A DNA stretch of 63,765 nt, the filler included, from Folioceros fuciformis (lineage: Eukaryota): assembly GCA_049999805.1 (NCBI GenBank). It is 5 parts of 3 records of this genome, joined end to end, with 100 filler letters (N's around TTAATTAATTAA, not from the genome) between each part and the next. Parts side by side here need not be neighbours in the genome. Positions count along the whole stretch, not along the records: positions 14,575 to 41,774 come from JBNGIO010006257.1; positions 41,875 to 59,385 come from JBNGIO010006257.1; 3 more parts are not named here. One strand, 5' to 3'. The position numbers were made by a program, and so were the translations under genes. Below the pieces are notes generated by a model, which saw only the letters and a program-made list of their open reading frames with translations, was not told where the DNA came from and searched no databases. Below, piece by piece: positions 38,921 through 49,146 of this stretch (the stretch's first letter is position 1; each line of letters opens with the position of its first letter).

Positions 38921-41774
38921 TGGATTAACGCATTTCCCCAGGTCCAGATCCATTCCTTGCGATATTCATTCATATATTGTAGAGAGCCCATTCCCGTGCT
39001 CCGTCGCTTTCACACCGCGGCGCGGCCTCTCCCTTTTTCCGCTCCTGGTGTCCCCGTGTGGTGTAATCCCCAATCCCAATCCCAATCCCAATCCCGTCCT
39101 GTCACCAAACGTCTTCCCCCACCACCCAAATAATGTACCCACCACACCCAGCCATCCAGCCACCCAGCCACCCAGCCCACAGCTAATACGCACTCGTAAC
39201 CACACCACACCACACTACACCACACTACACCACACCACAAGCCATCAAATCCTTTGATTATTGTTATTTTTCTCTTATTCCTTCCTCTTTCCGTTTTCCT
39301 TCTCTCTTCCTTTCCTTTATAATTTCTCTCCTTTCCCTTTCCCTTTCCCTTTCCCTTTCCTTCCTTCCATTCTTTAGCGGAAGCTAGTCAGTCAGTCAGT
39401 CAGTCACCTTTTACATCTTTAGCTTGTGTCGGAGATGAAAACCCCTTGTGCACGAGCGTGCAGTGCCGGGAAGACACATTGCTGTGCTCTTTGTTGTGCC
39501 TTGGGTGTTTTTTTTGGTAATAGCCCATCAGCTGAGTACATGACATGGACATGCAAAAGTGCTGTAGGTCGGGGATTTGAGATTGACAAAGAGAGCAGCA
39601 GCACCTTGAAGAGAAGAGCCATTCCATTACACAAGCATTGTAAGAAGAGCCCCTTTGGCGAGGGGATCGGAGCAGGAGGAAGCCGGAAGGGAAAGAGCGA
39701 GAGGAAGACAAGGGAAAGGGAAAAGGAAAAGGAAAGGGACAGGGACAGGGAAAGAAAAGAAAAGGGAAAGGGAACGGAACGGAACGGCACAGCAGGGCGA
39801 TTATGACAAATCCAAATCCCCCGTGCTTAGTGGGTTAGTTAGCAGCGATAGCGATCGCAATCTGGGGTACCGATTCCGATGCCGTTCCTCCTGGGTGTGC
39901 GCTCCGTTCCGTCCCATGCAGTCTCGTCTCGTCTCATGCAGTCTCGTCTCGTCTCGTCTCGTCCCATCCCGTCCCATCCCGTCCCGTTGGGTCATGATGA
40001 GATGCATGCACATGGGGTGACGGCGAGGCGAGGCGAGGGAGCATGTGCATGGGCATACCATACGCCCCCACTGCCCGGTCATGATGATGACGGTAAAAGG
40101 CCGTCAACTGAGGGCGGGGGGCTCTGGGTCTGGGTCTGGGCCTGGGCCTGGGTCTAGGTCTGGTCCTTGGCCTGGGCCTTGGCCTGGGCCTGGCTGGGCT
40201 CGGGGCCTGGACCTGGAACCTGAGACCTGGACCTGGGACCTGGGACCTGGACCGCACCTTCGACAAGTACACGGGGTGATGATGGACTGACCCGAGGTTG
40301 GAGAGGGTCAGCGAATGTTGTAGCGGCTCCCGGGTCCCGGCTGGTCCCCTGGGCCCCAGTTTAACTAACCCGCCTTTTCCATATGCACGTTTGTTTCCTT
40401 CTTGCTCCTCGCTCCATCTTCTTGGTTGAGGCCCTCCTCCCTTGCCCTGCCTTGCCTTGCCTTGCTTTGCTGTGGCCTGCCTGTCCTACCTTGCCCTGCC
40501 ATGCCCTGGGGACCTTTGCCTTGCCCTGCCTTCCACACTCTTTCCTGCTCTCCTTCCCTTCGTGCCCTTGCTTGGATTGGCTTGGGAATTGGATTGCTCC
40601 AACCGACGTTTTCATTGCTCTCTTCTTCTTCTTCTTACTCTTCTCTTCTTCTTCCTCCTCCTCCTCTTCTTCTTCCTCCTAGCGAAGAGTACAACGCAAG
40701 GCAAGGCAAGGCAAGGCAAGGCAAGGCCAGAGATCCTAGAGTCGGGAATCCGAGTTGACAGGAGACGCCACTCTCATTGACGCGCGAGTCCCGATTGGCC
40801 ATCCGGCGCAGTAGCATTTATCAACAAGGGAAGGGCCTTTGGGAAGGGAAGGGAAGCTACAAGGGGACGACGAGACCAAGAATAGCAGCATCAGCTGCTG
40901 CTTCTGCTGCTGCCGCCATGGTCACGGCCTTCGCCTTTTATGAGATGCAGCTGGCCGGCAGCCAGCCAGCCAGCCAGCGAGCCAGCAACAGCAACAGTTG
41001 CAGCTGCAGCAGCAGCAGTTTAATTCGGCAGAGTGGAAACGGAGATGCAGGTTGGTTCCGTCCCGCGCAGCACGTGACGCGCATTTGGTGGCCAGCCTGA
41101 GAGGCCGAGAGAGAGGAGGAGGAGGAGGAGGAGCCGGCCCCGGAGCCTGAGCCGGAGCCTGGGCCGGAGCCTGAGCCGGAGCCGGAGGCAGCCACAACCG
41201 TTAAGTTAAATTCAATCGACTGGGCCATGCTTCCATTTGGTGTCGTCACTCTCCCCTTCCACCTTCCACCTTCCCCTTTCCCCTTCCCCCTTCTTCAGGC
41301 GTGGCGTGGCATGTCGTGGCGTGGCGTGGCGTGTCGTGGCGTGGCGTGGCATGGCGTGGCCTGGCCTGGCCTGGCCTGCCCTGCCCTGCCCTGGACTGGA
41401 GTGGACGGCACCACCATCTCCCAACATGCACGCGTCCGCTCCTCTACATACAGTACGTACCTCGGCGTGCCGCCATTTACTCTATTTTTATGGCTAACCC
41501 AAATTTCTGAGCCCTTTCTTTCCATGTGGGCACGATCTCTGTCTCCGCCCCCTCACTCCTTGTCTAGAACCAAGGCAGTAGTACCAGTCTCAACACCCGC
41601 CTCCCCTGATTTTTTTATGCAGGAATACTTTTTCTTTGGCGGGACTAACACACATCTCAAAGCAAACAACAACAACAACTAGGTACCCCAGTGCACTGCT
41701 TTTCCAGCCATAGATAGAGATATGCGTATACTTCTATATTATATGTTGTGATAGAACAACCAACCCGTTGTGGC

Positions 41775-41874
41775 NNNNNNNNNNNNNNNNNNNNNNNNNN
41801 NNNNNNNNNNNNNNNNNNTTAATTAATTAANNNNNNNNNNNNNNNNNNNNNNNNNNNNNNNNNNNNNNNNNNNN
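41775..41874. other. Artificial contig linker
   Basis: N44-TTAATTAATTAA-N44. Confidence 0.97.
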
Positions 41875-42000
41875 CACCCTAAGAGGAGGCCCTTGACTTG
41901 CCTGCACCCGCCCTTAACTAGCCTGCACCCTAAGAGGAACCCTAAGAGGAGGCCCTTGACTTGCCTGCACCCGCCCTTAACTAGCATGCACCTTAAGAGG
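41875..42000. repeat. ~63-bp tandem repeat at contig edge (2 units visible)
   Basis: CCCTAAGAGGAGGCCCTTGACTTGCCTGCACCCGCCCTTAACTAGC at 41877 and 41940. Confidence 0.85.
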
Positions 42001-42474
42001 AGAGGAGAGGAGGCATGTGTGCAGATGCACAAGCTTCGGTAGGCACAATTTGTCCACGAACCATTGGTTTCAGGAATCGTGATCTCATATACAATGTCAT
42101 GTAACTATCTAAAGACAGGAAGGGATTGTTGTTCATAACGGGCATGGCGGAAGGCATGGCGGAAGGTAATATAAGCGTGTTGGTGTCTGGGACACTGGGT
42201 ACGAGGGAGAAACGGCCCCTTGAATGGGAGAAACGGCCCCTTGAATGCAATCTTCGCTGCTAAGATGGCTGATTATCTTAGCTGATTTTGGCTTCCCAGG
42301 TTGGTGCCGCTTGATGACCTAGAGAGAAACTAACCCAAGTCAACCCAAGAATGGACGAAATATAGAGAGAGAAAACCATTCTTGTGTATTATATTTGAAT
42401 ACATATTAGACAATTTTAAGATCATCCATGCTACTACAATGTTCTACAATGAAGCACCCACGAAAGGCTAGAGG

Positions 42475-42903
42475 CTAGAGATTGAGAGTAGTAGTAGGAG
42501 TAGGAGGCCGCATTTTTCTGGTCATATAAGCATGAATTAAAGCGAAATACACGATATTGTTAACATAACCTCTATCTGCTAACCGGTCTAGAGACCATTG
42601 AACGTAGCGCATAGAAGCTGGATGAGACGTGGCCAGTCTTACGATGTTGTCAAAGACGTCTACACGAGCCGAAGCCTCCCGTATACCCCCCTCGACCTGG
42701 GTCGTACGACTCTCAAGCCAGCCGAAAAGTATGTTCCTCCATACCGGATCAGCAGGGTCGGCGGGAGGACTTCGTGAATCTCCTGATACCCTCTCAAGGG
42801 CTGCCGCAATGAGGGATAGGTAGACCACTTTGGTCCTAAGCCGGTGAATCTGTTGTGACAAAACAGTCCAGGTTTCATGATCTGGTCCGCCATTCTCTGC
42901 CAT
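42475..42903 (-). CDS. Orphan-family protein copy 1 (142 aa, intronless, probably helical)
   Basis: Intact ORF MAENGGPDHETWTVLSQ...; aligns end to end with the 46363-46860 ORF. Confidence 0.6.
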   Translation of the reverse strand: MAENGGPDHETWTVLSQQIHRLRTKVVYLSLIAAALERVSGDSRSPPADPADPVWRNILFGWLESRTTQVEGGIREASARVDVFDNIVRLATSHPASMRYVQWSLDRLADRGYVNNIVYFALIHAYMTRKMRPPTPTTTLNL

Positions 42904-42909
42904 TCGGAC

Positions 42910-43675
42910 TGACGATCCCGACGCCGTCTTGGACACGGATGGAACTACGCTTCTTGTGCCTGTGCTGGTGGAAGATGACGACGCTGCTTGTGCTGTTGCA
43001 CACCTCTAATCCCTGATCAACAACACACTTGGACTGGAAGCGTGTGAGAGGCACTGCCGGGTGTGTCAGCAACAATCCCCGACACCTTCTTCAGAACGGA
43101 TGGCGTTGTGCTTGGGCATGCGCTTGCGGAAAATGAGAACGAAGCCTCCGTGTTGCAAATCTGAAACCCTGACCAACAACACGCGTGGACTACAATTCTG
43201 TGAGAGGCACTTCCGGGCATGCCGGGCTTCAGCAACAATTCCTGGCGCCTTCCTCCAAACGGATGGCCCTCTGATTGCGCTTGCGCTTGCGGGAAATGAT
43301 GACGCTAACCTCAAACCCTGATCAACAACACGCGTGGACTACAACTCTGTGAGAGGCACTTCCGGGCATGCCGGGCTTCAGCAACAATTCCTGGCGCCTT
43401 CTTCCAAACGGATGGCCCTGTGATTGCGCTTGCGCTTGCGGGAAATGATGACGCTAACCTCAAACCCTGATCAACAACACGCGTGGACTGAAACTCTGAG
43501 AGGCACTGTCGGGCATGCCAGACGTCAGCAACAATTCCCGGCGCCTTCGTCCAAATGGATGGCCCTGTGCTTGGCGCATGCGGAAAATGACGACGCCAAT
43601 CTCCAACCCTGATCACCAACACACATGGACTGAAATTCTGTGAGAGGCACTGCCGGGCGTGCCTGGCTTCAGGTG
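42910..43675. repeat. ~149-bp tandem array directly 5' of orphan gene copy 1
   Basis: CCCTGA(T/C)CA(A/C)CAAC anchors at 43011, 43167, 43316, 43465, 43607 (periods 156, 149, 149, 142). Confidence 0.92.
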
Positions 43676-44229
43676 TTTCACACACCGCCGAAGTTAGCCT
43701 TTAAATTTGTTTCCCTCTATGGAGCATCGAGGACTCTAGAAGGTGCGCAGCGCACAAACTCAGAAGATGGAAGGTGAATCGCGTGGCATTTGGAATCCGA
43801 AAGTCCTGGTAGAGCAGGCGCCAATCCACGGAATGCGAAAGCAGCTGTGTCCGACTTGCTGCCGCGGGATTTCAAATGCTCAGACAAGTGAGATCATGGT
43901 GCCGGGAACAAGAACCTGCGAGTCACCAAACGCTTGTAGGTGTGCGGATGCACAAGCTTCTGTAGGCACAATTTTGTCCATGAACCGTTGGCTGAGTCGT
44001 GATTAAAGAAAGTCGTGTAGCTATGTGAAGACATGAGGGGAGTGTTGTTGATGACGGACATGGTGGGGGGTACTGCAGGTGTGTATGCGACAGGGGGTGC
44101 GAGGGAGAGACGGCACCTTGAATGGGACCAGTTGTGATGCCAAAACGCCGTCTTCCCAGGGCCTTGAAGCAGGTGGGATTCCACGACCAGTCGCAGGAAG
44201 AGTACCTCTGGAGACGTTGGGGTGTCTTG

Positions 44230-44960
44230 TCATGTTGCTGAAGTAGCTGAGGTCGTTGAAGGGATGACTTCCGACCAAAGGCCTGGTCTGATTGCGGGAG
44301 GAGTTGCAGCTGCTGTTGGGATACTCCTCGGTTGCTGTTCCTTCGCTGCAAGGAAGGCGCCCCCGCTCCGGGGCGGTCATGCTAGGCAGGAAAGGGCCGT
44401 TGCGACGGGAGCTCAAGAAGCTTGAGGAGCTCATTCAACGTTGTTCTGGGCCCCAAGCTGCCGTTATCTTTCCTTCCAAGGTAGCTGCGGCAGGAGCTTT
44501 GATGCCTTGGTTTCGGTTCGAAAGCTTGCTTCTCGTGGGCGTTGCATAAGGACCCATGGGAGCTGCTGTTGCTGATGTTCATGTGCCTGCTAGACCGGCC
44601 TGCAGTTTTCTACTGGATAGCTCCTTTGCTGCCAAGCTGGCTGATTTTGGCTTCCCAGGTTGGTGCCGCTGGATGTCCCCACCATGGCTCAAGGCACTCT
44701 CGGGCACCGCCCTGGATCTGATTATTACCGCACCTACCATCTCATCGGCAAACAGTGATGTCTAGAGCTTTGGAGTTGTTCTCACGGAACTTGTGTTGTG
44801 ACAGTGAGGAAGGCCACACACTCGAGAACCTCGAGGGACGGGAGGTTCCCCTGGCAAGTCTGGTCATCCAGCGGCAAGTTGGATCAGATGATCGATCCAG
44901 CTCACCCCTGGATCCAATGGAGTGTGAACAAAAGCTTGATTGCTGCAGTTATGCATCCTG
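44230..44960 (+). pseudogene. Decayed receptor-like kinase (WAK/WAKL/LRK10L-like)
   Basis: TM-like GLIAGGVAAAVGILLGCC; FLLDSSFAAKLADFGF; TMAQGTLG; DYYRTYHL; SDV*SFGVVLTELV across broken frames. Confidence 0.75.
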
Positions 44961-45115
44961 AAGAAGCTCATTTAACTAATATTATTCTAGTTTTTGAAAA
45001 CAATGATCATATTATGTTTTTACATAAATTTAAAATTATTTTATTTCTTTCTCTCTCTTTGTTACATGTTAGGGCCTAATATCGTGTTTCCTGGCATTCT
45101 AGTTTTGAAAGAAAA

Positions 45116-45216
45116 GTGTTTATTCTCTATTTGACAGAATAAAGATGGAGTGTTCATTCTCTATTTGATAGAATAAAGATGGAGTGTTTATTCTCTATTT
45201 ACAGAATAAAGATGGA
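45116..45216. repeat. ~34-bp tandem repeat x3
   Basis: GTGTT(T/C)ATTCTCTATTT(G)A(C/T)AGAATAAAGATGGA. Confidence 0.85.
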
Positions 45217-45248
45217 TCTATGGGAGTTGAATATGGAATAAGTATTTT

Positions 45249-45995
45249 CTATGGGAATATACGATGGCATCTCGGAATGTTCCCGTACTCAAACTAGCCA
45301 CGATATAGGATTTTTTCAATCATTCTAACGGGCATTCATTCTAACGGGCATGTTGATCGATCCTTCGTTCTTTATTTCGGTTCGTACACACAGTGTTTTA
45401 AGATTCGTCCCCATTGACACAATGTTTTGAGATTCGTCCCAATTGACACCACCGGGAAAGTTCTGCAGTGGCGAAAACTAGACCATTAGGGGTGTGCATG
45501 GAAGCGACATACAGCACGTTAGGGGTGTGCATGGAAGCGACATACAGCACGTTAAGGGTGTGCATGGAAGCGACATACAACATGTTACGGGTGTGCATGG
45601 AAGTGACATACAGCACGTTACGGGTTTACATGGAAGCGACATACTTGTGCAGAGCAGACAACACAGTGAATGCTGAGGTCCTAAGAAAGGCTCTTGTTCA
45701 GAGCAGACAACATGGTGAATGCTGAGGTCCGAAGAAAGGCTCTTGTGCAGAGCAGACAACACGGTGAATGCTGAGGTCCGAAGAAAGGCTGATGAACAGT
45801 GGATGTTGAACCCACAAGCCCTAACCCTAACTAAAAAAAAGTGAATGAGTGTAAGTGGAGAGAGACGATCCGAACGTGAGGGATAAAATAACAACCGAAA
45901 GGAGCACATTTGTTATGACCAAAATATATTTGGACCGTGTACCACCGCCCTAAAGTTTGTGTGAAAGGCACCTTGACCGTATCGGTATTCCATAG
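45249..45995 (+). mobile_element. Putative non-autonomous element with internal minisatellites (33 bp x5 at ~45486-45645; ~49 bp x3 at ~45645-45790)
   Basis: Right end shared with 4620-4863; imperfect terminal inversion CTATGGGAATA / TATTCCATAG; left boundary uncertain. Confidence 0.5.
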
Positions 45996-46362
45996 TCTAA
46001 GTACATTACAAGTGAATTTGTTACAACTTCTATAGTGTTAAAATGATTCTATTCAAATGTGATGCAAATCTATTGGCTTACTCTAGATCTTATGTTCTAT
46101 GGTGGACATCCCTTCTCCTTGGGGTCATTTAGGGCGTTATGAATACTAAGAGAACACTAAGCTAAAACTTGCCTTGCCTTCCCCCGAATAAAGAGACCAA
46201 CCTAAGTGGGCTCAAGCTAAGAACATACCTCCCTTATACCTGGAAACCTAGAAAGAGCTAAGAAGACCTCCCTTATACCCGGAAACCTAGAAAGATTTAA
46301 AACATCCTTGCTAATATAATATTGTGCTAAGAAAATGATAAGAATAAGGCACCCAACAAAGG

Positions 46363-46860
46363 CTAGAGATGGAGAGGAGCTCGCATGTTCCTGGTCATAC
46401 AAGCATGAAGAAAGGCACAACTCAAGATCTTGTTAGCATAAGCCTTGCTTGTTTTATGGTCCATGGAGCGATGAAGACCGCACATAAGATCCCAATGATT
46501 CCGGGCCCGTGTTATGGTACTGTGGAACCCGTTCAAACGAAGCGAAGCCAGCTGCACATCCTCCTCAAGCTGGGTAATACGATTCTCAAGCCCGTAAAAA
46601 AGCACACGTGTCGAGAGCCAGTCATGGGGTTCTGCGGCTCGTGCCGGGGTTCGTTCCCGGGCCCACACCTTGGGACGTCGTCTCCAGAGCCAATTATGAG
46701 GCCTGGGAGTTCGCAGCCGGGCCCGCGCACCATGACGTTGTGATCGGAGCAAAACGGCTCGCGCAGTGAAGCCAAGGCGGACGATATCGTTGTCAAGCCG
46801 CTGCATTAGTTCTGACAAAACAATCCAGGTGTCTTGATCTGGCCTGCCGTTGTCTGCCAT
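46363..46860 (-). CDS. Orphan-family protein copy 2 (165 aa, intronless)
   Basis: MADNGRPDQDTWIVLSE...LFYGLENRITQLE...HACMTRNMRAP matches copy 1 motifs. Confidence 0.6.
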   Translation of the reverse strand: MADNGRPDQDTWIVLSELMQRLDNDIVRLGFTARAVLLRSQRHGARARLRTPRPHNWLWRRRPKVWARERTPARAAEPHDWLSTRVLFYGLENRITQLEEDVQLASLRLNGFHSTITRARNHWDLMCGLHRSMDHKTSKAYANKILSCAFLHACMTRNMRAPLHL

Positions 46861-46869
46861 CTTGCTGTG

Positions 46870-47185
46870 GCTAACAATCCCGACGCCTTCGTCCACACAG
46901 ATGGCACAGCGCTTGTGTTTGCGGGCAACGACAACGAGGCTTATTATGTTGTTGCTAACCTGATCAGCAGCACTCGTGGAGTGCAATTCCGTGAGAGGCA
47001 ATGCTGGCGCTGGCTTGCCAAGCTGCAGCAACGAATCTCGACGCCTTCTTCCAAATAGATGGCCCTGCGCTTGCGCACAATCACGACGCACTTCATCCGG
47101 GTGCAAACCTCAAACCCTGATTCACAACGAACATGGACTACTGGAACTCCGTGATAGGCACTGCCGGGCATGCTTGGCGTCAGCG
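46870..47185. repeat. Two diverged units of the ~150-bp repeat 5' of orphan gene copy 2
   Basis: CCTGAT..GTGA(G/T)AGGCA anchors near 46958 and 47115. Confidence 0.8.
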
Positions 47186-48330
47186 CTTTGCCACACCGCC
47201 AAAATCAGCCTTCATCTCCCTCTGTGGAGCATCAAGGATTCGAGAAGAAGCGCACGAGCTCAGAAGATGGAAGGTCAATCGCGTGGCACTTGGAATCGGA
47301 AGGTCCTGCAGGGTAAAGCAGGCCAGGGGCCCGTGCACGGAATGCGAAAACATTCGTTTCCGATCTGCTGCCGCGGGATTTCAAATACTCAGACACGCGC
47401 GATCACGGTGCCGGTAACAAGAAACTACGAGTCACCAAATGCTTATAGGTAGGTGTCCGGATGCACAGGCTTCTGAAGGCACAAACTTGTCATGCAGTGG
47501 TGTTGTCATCCATGGAAGCAGAGTACTTCCCCGCCTCGGAAACCAGGAAGGAAGCTTTGTGGTCGCGACAGTTGTTTAAAGATATTCATCGTGAATAGGT
47601 TGGACCTACTCTTCATCTTCAGTGATAGTTAGAGTTCACTCTTTATTTTCAGTGATAGTTAGAGTATTATTCATCTTATGGAATTTAGGATGAGCGTGCA
47701 CTCTCTATACCTACCTTTTCCCATTCATGCAAGGATAGATGGTTTAGGGTGAAGGTGCATTCTATGTACCATCTTTCTCAATAACACCGCAAGCCCAACA
47801 GAAGAACGGGGTATGAGAGGCCTTCTGCTCTTGGTTTGCAATTCCTCACCCTTCTCTCAGAATTTAAGGATTCAAGGTTACCCTTCTCTCAAGGTTTAGG
47901 GATTCAAGGTTATTTTACAAGTAAGGGCGCACGCTTCGCTTGCAGAAAGGATCTGTAATTTTCTTCAATCTTAGACTTTGGGGCCAATTTTCTTCAATCT
48001 TAGACTTTGGGGCCATAGTCCAAGAACAGGTACAGATGGTTCATTCCTTTCCACACGGAATTTAGGGCTCCATGTCACATTACGAGCTACCATTAGGTAT
48101 AAAGTTTTTGTTTTCATTCATTCATTACGAAGCTCTATCTTTGTCACTTCAGTGAACCGATCATGAGAAGAATTTTCTTTGGGTTTGAACTTTGTTTCTT
48201 CCTCATTCACAATCTTTCCTAGTCCATACCTTTCTACCCCCATCATGCCTTGGACTTTAGACCACACTCCATTGTACATCTCAGCGGCGGGCAGAGGGCG
48301 ATGCTTATACATATTGTGCCCGAGTATTCT

Positions 48331-48598
48331 GTCCATCCATGCAAGGATAGATGCTTTAGGGTGAGGGTGCACCCTCTATACTTACCTTTTTCCATCCATG
48401 CAAGGATGGATGCTTTAGGGTGAGGGTGCACCCTCTNNNNNNNNNNTTCCATCCATGCAAGGATGGATGCTTTAGGGTGAGGGTGCACCCTCTTGTACCT
48501 ACCTTTTTCCATCCATGCATGGATGGATGGTTTAGGGTTAGGGTGCACTCTCTATACCTAGCTCTTTCCCATACATGGATGGATGGCTTAGGATGAGG
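48331..48598. repeat. ~60-bp palindrome-rich minisatellite (4-5 units, includes a 10-N gap; relic at ~47690-47770)
   Basis: TCCATCCATGCA(A/T)GGATGGATGCTTTAGGGTGAGGGTGCACCCTCT units. Confidence 0.85.
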
Positions 48599-48800
48599 GA
48601 TCCTGATTATTACCGCACCCACCATGTCACGAACAATACTAATGTTAACGACTTTGGAGTTGTTTACATGGAGCAGGTGACAACAAGGAAGGCCATAGAC
48701 TTCAATAAACCAATAGGACAGCAAGGTTCTCCTTACAAGTCTACCCATCCAAAGGTTGGGTTCCACCAAGTGTAAACAACTCATTGATCGTTGGAGTTGT
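48599..48800 (+). pseudogene. Second fragment of the same receptor-like kinase (subdomains VIII-X)
   Basis: DPDYYRTHHVTNNTNVNDFGVVYMEQVTTRKAIDFNKP; DNA similar to ~44715-44830. Confidence 0.7.
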
Positions 48801-49146
48801 GCTACTCAAGAAGCTAATTCACAAATTAAACCCATCCTTGTTTGTAAAAATTTATCATATCATGCTTCTTCGGTTTCTTGTTTTTCAATGAAAAGTGTTT
48901 ATTCAATTTATGGTCCAATAAACATTGACCTATGCGAATTGGAATGACATTTACCTTACCTTTCTCAAAACAAGAGACCAACCTAATTGGACTTAAGTTT
49001 AGAACCGGCCTAGCCTCCCAACATAGAGAGACTAACCCCAGTTGACCTAAGAGTGAATGAAATATGGAGAGAGAAAATCATTCTTGTATATTATATTTTA
49101 ATATAGATTAAAAATTTGTAAGATCATCCATGTTAGTACAATGTTC

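Larger units (their letters stand above)
36650..41700. repeat. Dense field of short 4-6 bp simple repeats surrounding MIR166
   Basis: (GCCT)n, (AAAAC)n, (CTTGG)n, (GGCAAA)n, (CCCAAT)n, (CACAC)n, (TCTCG)n, (GCAAG)n, (GTGGC)n and others. Confidence 0.9.

Noticed and set aside
39480-39605. TGACAAAGAGAGCAGCAGCAC resembling miR156/535 with a possible partner arm
   Set aside because: Several mismatches to the known mature sequences and poor, gapped pairing
42910-43675. 149-bp array as a CRISPR-like repeat-spacer locus
   Set aside because: Units are homologous along their whole length, with no variable spacers
45468-45909. 11-aa repeat proteins (VCMEATYSTL..) or a CRISPR-like array
   Set aside because: Head-to-tail 33-bp minisatellite with no unique spacers and no cas genes; the ORFs are a by-product of unit length divisible by 3
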